64,000 bases of DNA. It comes from an uncultured Methanosarcinales archaeon (GTDB lineage Archaea > Nanobdellota > Nanobdellia > Woesearchaeales > CAXGTL01). A program made the translations under genes and the position numbers. The stretch covers positions 72,122 to 136,121 of the forward strand of contig CAZHVK010000002.1 in the NCBI GenBank assembly GCA_964535955.1, written 5' to 3'. The notes under the pieces are model-generated. The model had not been told where the DNA came from and did no database searches. It saw only the letters and a list, made by a program, of their open reading frames with translations. Positions 57,520 through 64,000 of the stretch are shown piece by piece; position 1 is the first letter of the stretch, and the number at the start of each line of letters is the position of its first letter.

Positions 57520-58113
57520 ATGTTCTATAAAACTGAAATACAAAGCCATATACGAGTACCGCCTGATATGTTTAAATTAGGCAAAGAAGAAGCTGTTAGA
57601 AAGTGCATTAAAGGACAATTCGAAGGTTTTATTTCAAAAGACATTGGCATTGTTATAGATGTTGCAGAAGTAAAACAAGTTAAAGAAGGCATTGTTATAC
57701 CTGGTGATGGAGCAGCATATTATGAAACTTTATTCTCATTATTCACATTTAAACCAGAAATAAAAGAAGTAATGCTAGGAACTGTAAAAGATATTGCTGA
57801 TTTTGGTGTCTTCATGAATATAGGACCAATCGAAGGTATGATTCATGTATCACAAACAATGGATGATTTTGTTTCATTTTCAAAAGAAAAAGTATTAACA
57901 GGTAAAGAAAGTAAAAGAACATTAAAGATTGGCGATAAATGCAAGGCAAGACTAATAGCAGCTAGTTTCAAAGATATTGCAAACCCTAAGATTGGCTTAA
58001 CAATGAGACAAGAAGGTTTAGGCAAGTTTGAATGGCTAGAAGAAGACAAAACAAAGAAAACAGAAAAAAAAGAAGACAAAAAAGAAGAAACCAAAAAAAA
58101 GAAAAAAAAGTAA
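57520..58113 (+). CDS. rpoE1: RNA polymerase subunit Rpo7 (E')
   Basis: IRVPP, GDGAAY, IHVSQ and KIGLTMRQ.GLGK motifs. Confidence 0.96.
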   Translation: MFYKTEIQSHIRVPPDMFKLGKEEAVRKCIKGQFEGFISKDIGIVIDVAEVKQVKEGIVIPGDGAAYYETLFSLFTFKPEIKEVMLGTVKDIADFGVFMNIGPIEGMIHVSQTMDDFVSFSKEKVLTGKESKRTLKIGDKCKARLIAASFKDIANPKIGLTMRQEGLGKFEWLEEDKTKKTEKKEDKKEETKKKKKK

Positions 58114-58128
58114 ACAGGTGAAAAATAA

Positions 58129-58314
58129 ATGCAAAAAAAAATATGTAAAAAATGTGATATTTTTGTTCAAGGTCCAGCATGTCCTATTTGCAAAGGAAAC
58201 CAGTTTACAACATTATGGCGAGGCAGAATTTACATTGTTGATCCTAAAAAATCAGTAATTGCACAGAAGATAGGTAAAACAATAAAAGGAGAATATGCTA
58301 TTAAAAAGAAATAA
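58129..58314 (+). CDS. spt4: Transcription elongation factor Spt4 (RpoE'')
   Basis: CKKC...CPIC...W.G...I.DP..S.IA...G.YAI. Confidence 0.93.
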   Translation: MQKKICKKCDIFVQGPACPICKGNQFTTLWRGRIYIVDPKKSVIAQKIGKTIKGEYAIKKK

Positions 58315-58323
58315 GGTCACAAA

Positions 58324-58704
58324 ATGAATATCAAAATATTAAAACAAAAAGAATCACCATTATTATCAAGAAAAAGGATTTCAGTTGAAGCAACATTCAA
58401 AGGTGCTACTCCTAGTAAATCAACTTTAAAAAAAGAATTAGCAACAAAATTAAAAGCAAAAGAAGATTTAATTGAAATAAGACATGTTTATGGTAAGTTT
58501 GGTGAAGAAAGAGCAAAAGTAATTGCACATGTTTATGATAATGAAAAAGTAATGAAAGCTTTGATTCATAAAAAGAAAGAAAAAGAAGTAAAAAAGAAAG
58601 AAACTGTACCAGTAGCAGAAACAAAACCTGCTGAACCAGCTAAGAAAGAAGAAAAGAAACCTGAAGAGAAAAAAGAAGACAAAAAGAAAGAGGAAAAGAA
58701 ATAA
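58324..58704 (+). CDS. rps24e: 30S ribosomal protein S24e
   Basis: PLLSRK, ATPS and FG....A.VY motifs; K/E-rich tail. Confidence 0.92.
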   Translation: MNIKILKQKESPLLSRKRISVEATFKGATPSKSTLKKELATKLKAKEDLIEIRHVYGKFGEERAKVIAHVYDNEKVMKALIHKKKEKEVKKKETVPVAETKPAEPAKKEEKKPEEKKEDKKKEEKK

Positions 58705-58719
58705 TTGGTGAGATGAAGT

Positions 58720-58938
58720 ATGGGAAAGAAAAGAGCACATAAAGTAGTTAAAAAAAAGGGAAAAATCAAAAGAAAACCTAAAAAGACTAGTTCTAAGTAC
58801 AAGAATTATAAAATAGAAGGCAATAAATTATCAAGAAAAAACTCAACTTGTCCTAAGTGCGGTGCAGGAGTGTTCATGGCAGAGCACAAAGACAGAAAGA
58901 CATGCGGCAAATGTGGATATATGGAAATTAAGAAGTAG
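58720..58938 (+). CDS. rps27ae: 30S ribosomal protein S27ae
   Basis: [23 protein letters not shown]. Confidence 0.96.
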   Translation: MGKKRAHKVVKKKGKIKRKPKKTSSKYKNYKIEGNKLSRKNSTCPKCGAGVFMAEHKDRKTCGKCGYMEIKK

Positions 58939-59682
58939 TTATTCTTTATCATAATAAGAAAAGAAATCATGTAATTCTTTTTCAGGAATATTTCCTTTTT
59001 TTAATTCATTTATTAGATATTCTTCCAAAGGTAAATGCCTTTTATTAATAAGAGATTTATACTTTGTAGATCTCCCCTTTATTTGCCTAATTAAATTTTC
59101 TATAACTGTATTATCACCTTGTTTTAATTTTTCAATACATTTAATATAATTTCTTAAACCACCAACACACTCAAAATACCAAATATGAAGAGTTTCGTTG
59201 GTTATGTCATCATAAAATGTTATACTTGCTCTTCCAACAAATTTATTTTCTCTTAATTTTATATTAGCTAATAATTCAACAGAAAGTTTAGTTTTCTCAA
59301 AATCAACTCTCTTGTACATTTTAGGTGCCTTTTTATTATGGAATCTATCAATAGTTATAAACTTAAAATAATCCGGAACTAATTTTAACATAGAAGCATG
59401 ATAAATTTGTTCAATAGGAAAAAAATAATGAACTGTATGAAAACAAGGATAAAGATAACCTCGGTTACTTATAAAATAAGGATCAAACGCTTTTTTTAAT
59501 TTCCTTTTGAAAATGTGGGCCCTGAATATAGGCTTATCTTTAAACTGAAAAACCTTTCCAATAAAAGAAATTCCAGAATGAACATTATAATTAGTTTCAG
59601 GTTTATATTTTTGATTAAATGATGTCCATTCATTGTAATATGATTCAATTTCTTCCTGTGATATTATATCGCTAAGTTCCAT
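58939..59682 (-). CDS. Hypothetical protein
   Basis: 247-aa ORF with no recognised motif. Confidence 0.65.
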   Translation of the reverse strand: MELSDIISQEEIESYYNEWTSFNQKYKPETNYNVHSGISFIGKVFQFKDKPIFRAHIFKRKLKKAFDPYFISNRGYLYPCFHTVHYFFPIEQIYHASMLKLVPDYFKFITIDRFHNKKAPKMYKRVDFEKTKLSVELLANIKLRENKFVGRASITFYDDITNETLHIWYFECVGGLRNYIKCIEKLKQGDNTVIENLIRQIKGRSTKYKSLINKRHLPLEEYLINELKKGNIPEKELHDFFSYYDKE

Positions 59683-59730
59683 TTTTATTACTGAAGAAAG
59701 GGTATAGAATAGGATATAATTATTTTTTAG

Positions 59731-59742
59731 CGATATATATCG
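59731..59742. promoter_or_regulatory. Palindromic operator candidate CGATATATATCG
   Basis: Identical 12-mer also at 60404-60415. Confidence 0.6.
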
Positions 59743-59745
59743 TAT

Positions 59746-60396
59746 CTAATAAATTTTTTTAAATAAAAAAGGTAACAATTTCTTCTCAGCTTTCCTTAAA
59801 TGAACTTGGAAAGTAGAATAACTTAATTTAGCAATTTTTGCTAATTTTTTTACACTTATTTTTCTTGGTGAGTTATAATAACCATTTTTAGTTGCTAATT
59901 CTATTGCCTGTTTTTGTTTTTTAGTTAAATGAGGTTGTAAGCTTAGAACTGAGAAATCTTTTATTTTTTCTTTTTTTATACTAAGTAATTTTCCATTGAA
60001 CTTTATTTTAACTAATTTTATAAAATCAATCAAGTGTTTTTTATTCCAACTACCTATACACCAGAGATTAAAACCTTGTTCGTCAATAAGTATGGGTTTA
60101 AGTATAATTAATTTATGAGAATACATAGGCAATAAATCTAATGGTTCCACTATTTTTGCAATTACAAAATTATCAGTTGTTTCCAAATGTAATACTTTCT
60201 TATCTTTTTTCCAGTCATTGAGAAATCTCTTTTTGTTTATTTTATCTCCGAAAATAAAACCAACTAAATGAATAAAAATTTTATTTTTCTTAATATGAAA
60301 AGAAATAGGATAACCAGAGATAGAAACATTATATTTCTTTGTTCTACTTCCAATAGATCCAGATTTGCCATCTATTTTAACTTTAGCAATCCACAT
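59746..60396 (-). CDS. HTH-10 (bacterio-opsin activator-type) regulator
   Basis: LTKKQ..A..LA...GYY..PRK.....LA......STF..HLRKAE.K. Confidence 0.9.
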   Translation of the reverse strand: MWIAKVKIDGKSGSIGSRTKKYNVSISGYPISFHIKKNKIFIHLVGFIFGDKINKKRFLNDWKKDKKVLHLETTDNFVIAKIVEPLDLLPMYSHKLIILKPILIDEQGFNLWCIGSWNKKHLIDFIKLVKIKFNGKLLSIKKEKIKDFSVLSLQPHLTKKQKQAIELATKNGYYNSPRKISVKKLAKIAKLSYSTFQVHLRKAEKKLLPFLFKKIY

Positions 60397-60401
60397 AATA
60401 T

Positions 60402-60417
60402 AACGATATATATCGTT
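60402..60417. promoter_or_regulatory. 16-bp perfect palindrome AACGATATATATCGTT, operator candidate
   Basis: 5 bp upstream of the HTH-10 start codon. Confidence 0.65.
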
Positions 60418-60480
60418 TGTATATAAAGTTAACTAAAGAATACAAATCTTTATATAAAATAAACTAATAGTAAATTTAAA

Positions 60481-60825
60481 ATGATATGTAAGTTACCTGG
60501 AAAATACGTAAGTCAAGAAAAAACATTAAGAATAGATGTAAAATTTCTATATCCATCAAAAAAAACAGAGTATCCACCAACAAGAGCAGCAGTAGGAGTT
60601 TTTGATGAAACCCAAGGAAATTATTCTGTTCATGTTATTAAATTAAGTTCAATAAGAGGAAGTACTGGTTTAATATATAGAGTTTTCAGAACAAAAAACA
60701 AAAAAGAAGCATTGACACAACAACAGAAAGTAAAAGATTTATTAGAATCTGGAAAAAATGTTATTATTACTGATTTAGGTGAAGCAACCATCGAATCTTT
60801 AGAAGAAAAAGTTGATTCTAAGTAA
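60481..60825 (+). CDS. Hypothetical protein
   Basis: 114-aa ORF preceded by a TATA-like box. Confidence 0.55.
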   Translation: MICKLPGKYVSQEKTLRIDVKFLYPSKKTEYPPTRAAVGVFDETQGNYSVHVIKLSSIRGSTGLIYRVFRTKNKKEALTQQQKVKDLLESGKNVIITDLGEATIESLEEKVDSK

Positions 60826-60874
60826 TATTATATAAAACAACAATCTATATAAACACCTAAATTCTCACAAAACC

Positions 60875-63088
60875 ATGCTCAATAACTTCACACCAAGATT
60901 ATACCAAGAAACAATATTCTCAACATGCACAACACACAACACATTAGTTGTACTACCAACAGGCTTAGGTAAGACAGCAATAGCAATGATGTTAACAGAC
61001 TTCAGACTAAACCAACACCCTGATAAAAAGATCCTAATGTTAGCTCCAACAAAACCTTTAGTTGAGCAACATTTCCAAACATTCCAGCAACACCTAAACA
61101 TAGAACAAGAACAATTAGTAATGTTTACAGGCTTTGTAAAGCCAGAAAAAAGACAAGAACTTTGGCAAAATACAAAAATAATAATCTCAACACCACAAGG
61201 CTTAGAAAATGACATAATAAACAAGAAAATAGATCTTAAAGATGTTTCATTATTGATCATAGATGAAGCTCATAGGGCAACAGGTGATTATTCATATGTT
61301 TGGATTGCAAAGCAATATGATAAAACAGCAAGATTCGCAAGAATACTAGCCCTAACAGCGTCACCAGGTTCAAAATTAGAAAAAATAACAGAAGTTTGTG
61401 ATAATCTATTGATAGAAGAACTAGAAATAAGAACAGATGATGATCCAGATGTCAAACCTTATGTACAAAAATCAGAAGTAAAATGGGTAACAGTGCAACT
61501 TCCAGAAGAATTCAAAATAATAAAAAAATTCTTAGAAAGCTGTTTAAAAGATAAACTAAAACAAGTAAAAGAGCATGGTTATATTGATTCTTCACAAATC
61601 AATATTTCAAGAAGAGATTTATTAAAACTTCAAGCAATACTTCAAGGCCAGGTAAGAACTGAAAAAACATATGAAATATTCCAATCAATATCATTATTAG
61701 CACAAGCAATGAAGATACACCATGCATTAGAATTAATTGAATCTCAAGGGATAACAGCTTTATATCTTTACATGCAGGATCTAATGTCCAAAGCACAAAA
61801 AACAAAAACAAAAGCAACAAAAAACCTAGTCAGAGACATCAACTTTAGATCAGCTTTTATTAAGACACAAAAATTATATGACAAAGGAATTGAGCATCCA
61901 AAACTAAATGAGTTAATGAATATTCTAAGAAAACAAGTAGAAAAACATAAAGATATCAAGATAATTGTATTTAACCAGTTTAGAGACTGCGCATCAAAGA
62001 TAGTTGAACAACTAGATGAGATAAAAATAAAATCAAGATTATTTGTAGGCCAGGCAAAAAAACGAAACAAAGGACTAACACAAAAAAAACAGATAGAGAT
62101 CTTAGATTCTTTTAGAAGAAATGAGTTCAATGTTTTAGTTTCTTCAAGTGTAGGTGAAGAAGGTCTTGACATACCAAAGGTAGATTTTGTAATATTTTAT
62201 GAACCAGTACCAAGTGCCATTAGGAGTATTCAAAGAAGAGGCAGAACAGCCAGGCACAAAGAAGGTGAAATTTTAATATTAATAACAGAAGGAACTAGAG
62301 ATGTATCCTATAGGTGGAGTGCATTTCATAAAGAAAGAAAGATGTTTAGGTCTTTAAAAGAATTAAAACAAAAATTCAAATTAATGAAACGTGAAACCAC
62401 TTTAAATAAGTTTATTGAGAAAAAAAAGAAAAAAACTCAAAAAATAAAAATATTTGCAGATTACAGAGAAAAAGGTTCAGGTGTTATCAAAGAACTCATT
62501 GAGAATGATGTAGACATTAGTTTAGACAAATTAAATAGTGGAGATTTTGTATTATCATCTAGAGTTGGAGTTGAATATAAAACATCAGATGATTTTGTGA
62601 CATCAATCATAGATGGCAGATTATTGCAGCAATTAAAAGAATTAAAAAGAAACTTTGAACTACCGATCATAATAATAGAAGGTGACCAAGATATTTATTC
62701 TGTAAGAAATATTAATCCAAATGCAATAAGAGGAATGCTTGCAACAATAAATATTAGTTATGGAATCCCAATCTTATACACAAAAAATTACAAAGACACA
62801 TCTGAATTAATGAAAATAATTGCAAAAAGGGAACAAGACAAAACAACTAAAGAATTTTCTTTACATGGTGATAAAAAACCATTAAACTTGAAAGAACAAC
62901 AAGAATACTTGATTAGTGCTTTGCCTGGGATTGGTGCAACATTAGCAAAACCTTTGCTCACTAAATTTAAGACAGTGAAGAACATAATCAATGCAAAACA
63001 AGATGAATTAAAACAAGTAGAATTGATTGGTGATAAAAAAGCAAAAAAGATTAAAGATGTTGTTGAAAATGAGTATGAAGAACAATAA
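60875..63088 (+). CDS. hef: Hef helicase-nuclease (FANCM/XPF-ERCC4)
   Basis: LPTGLGKT, DEAH, TASPG, QRRGRT; ERCC4 GDF..VEYKT..DF; HhH tail. Confidence 0.94.
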   Translation: MLNNFTPRLYQETIFSTCTTHNTLVVLPTGLGKTAIAMMLTDFRLNQHPDKKILMLAPTKPLVEQHFQTFQQHLNIEQEQLVMFTGFVKPEKRQELWQNTKIIISTPQGLENDIINKKIDLKDVSLLIIDEAHRATGDYSYVWIAKQYDKTARFARILALTASPGSKLEKITEVCDNLLIEELEIRTDDDPDVKPYVQKSEVKWVTVQLPEEFKIIKKFLESCLKDKLKQVKEHGYIDSSQINISRRDLLKLQAILQGQVRTEKTYEIFQSISLLAQAMKIHHALELIESQGITALYLYMQDLMSKAQKTKTKATKNLVRDINFRSAFIKTQKLYDKGIEHPKLNELMNILRKQVEKHKDIKIIVFNQFRDCASKIVEQLDEIKIKSRLFVGQAKKRNKGLTQKKQIEILDSFRRNEFNVLVSSSVGEEGLDIPKVDFVIFYEPVPSAIRSIQRRGRTARHKEGEILILITEGTRDVSYRWSAFHKERKMFRSLKELKQKFKLMKRETTLNKFIEKKKKKTQKIKIFADYREKGSGVIKELIENDVDISLDKLNSGDFVLSSRVGVEYKTSDDFVTSIIDGRLLQQLKELKRNFELPIIIIEGDQDIYSVRNINPNAIRGMLATINISYGIPILYTKNYKDTSELMKIIAKREQDKTTKEFSLHGDKKPLNLKEQQEYLISALPGIGATLAKPLLTKFKTVKNIINAKQDELKQVELIGDKKAKKIKDVVENEYEEQ

Positions 63089-63587
63089 TATTTATATAAT
63101 CAAAATCAATCCCAACACTTTGGTGAATCAAATGGAACTAGAAAAAGAAAGACAAGAAATACTAGAAAAAGGATTATACTTTAGATTAAATTTAACTGGT
63201 AAGGAATTAAGTAATTCAGAAGAAAGACAAGCACTTTCTAATAAACATAAGCCAAAAGATGATGAAATGGCTTCTGAAATATTAAAAATAATCTATGAAG
63301 AAAAAAAGGAAAAAACACCATGTTTAAGAAGTTTAGACAAAGGTTGGCAAATAAGATATGACTATGGTGGTTGGAGTTCTCATCCTCACCTTGATATTAG
63401 AGCTCCTGATGAAATAAATAAATTAGTTGAAGAATCAATTGAACTTGAAGAAATAAAAGATTTAGCAAGAGATGCATTATATGATATAATCAGAGAAAAT
63501 ATAGTATTAATAGATAGATATCTTCTTCCAGTAGATCAAAAGGTTCCAAGCGGGATAATACAGAAAAGCATAAAAGATTGGTATTAA
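63027..63587 (+). CDS. Hypothetical protein (true start probably downstream of the hef stop)
   Basis: Open frame with no recognised motif. Confidence 0.5.
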   Translation: MVIKKQKRLKMLLKMSMKNNNIYIIKINPNTLVNQMELEKERQEILEKGLYFRLNLTGKELSNSEERQALSNKHKPKDDEMASEILKIIYEEKKEKTPCLRSLDKGWQIRYDYGGWSSHPHLDIRAPDEINKLVEESIELEEIKDLARDALYDIIRENIVLIDRYLLPVDQKVPSGIIQKSIKDWY

Positions 63588-63588
63588 T

Positions 63589-64000
63589 TCAAAAGTTCAT
63601 ACTTCTTAACTTATCCACACGACTTTTAGTACTAGGATGTGTACTAAAAAAAGCAAACAAACCTTTTGCAGTAAATGGATTCAATATAAACAATGAAGCT
63701 GTTGTTTTATTACCAAACCTCATAGGGTGATGTTTAACATTTTGTTCTAACTTTTCCAAAGCAGAAGCCAAGCCAAAAGGATTATGCAAGACTTTAGCAG
63801 CACTTTCATCAGCTAAATATTCACGAGACCTAGAGATACCTAATTGTATCAACATAGCAATAAACGGTGTTAATATTGCCAAAACCAATATCTCCAAACC
63901 ATTATTATCCCTATCACCAAAACCAAATATAGCACTCCACCTAGCAATCATTGCAATATAACTGATGACAGAAGCAATCGTGGCAGCAATTGTAGCTATT
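63589..64000 (-). CDS. htpX: HtpX (M48) protease, C-terminal part; runs off the window
   Basis: ISRSREYLADE, LASALEKL and FSTHP....R motifs. Confidence 0.92.
   Translation of the reverse strand, partial: IATIAATIASVISYIAMIARWSAIFGFGDRDNNGLEILVLAILTPFIAMLIQLGISRSREYLADESAAKVLHNPFGLASALEKLEQNVKHHPMRFGNKTTASLFILNPFTAKGLFAFFSTHPSTKSRVDKLRSMNF

Noticed and set aside
479..62991. Numerous short antisense ORFs in the track (e.g. 4185-4475, 26685-26912, 58412-58802, 61768-62172)
   Set aside because: Shadows of well-supported genes on the opposite strand, with F/L/S/I-rich composition from A-rich codons.
1..64000. Stop-codon reassignment, selenocysteine, DGR/retron or transposase
   Set aside because: Conserved genes end normally with TAA, TAG or TGA; no in-frame stops in conserved proteins and no RT or transposase motifs seen.

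Overview
Very AT-rich archaeal chromosome segment with one 100-N scaffold gap at 5536-5635. Gene content and style suggest a DPANN archaeon, probably Woesearchaeota-like; this is an inference. Housekeeping genes include ribosomal proteins (P1/P0/L1, L40e, S8e, L37e, L44e, S27e, S24e, S27ae), aIF5A, aIF2-alpha, histone, Sm protein, Nop10, GINS, Rpo7/Spt4, Hef, S-layer protein, enolase, iPGM and tRNA-Leu(TAG). Accessory content includes a compact group 4 [NiFe]-hydrogenase operon with HypC and HycI, bacterial-type tRNA wobble enzymes (QueA, QueH, MnmD), class II LysRS, an ATP-grasp/peptidase cluster, a free-standing HTH-LAGLIDADG gene and a 1259-aa PolB-like protein with an intact exonuclease but eroded polymerase motifs. 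The most striking unexplained signals are non-coding. (1) Four copies of a covarying double-hairpin element (TGTCA-hairpin-KCATRA-hairpin-TGACA) lie upstream of genes. (2) Four G-tract motifs occur, three in the leaders of eno and hydrogenase genes and one antisense at the 3' end of a small-ORF unit, where it would give a complementary C-rich RNA. (3) A 61-bp-periodic hairpin array is interleaved with tRNA-Leu 3'-end copies. (4) Structured inserts occur inside the hydrogenase operon. All family calls are by eye; no database searches were run.
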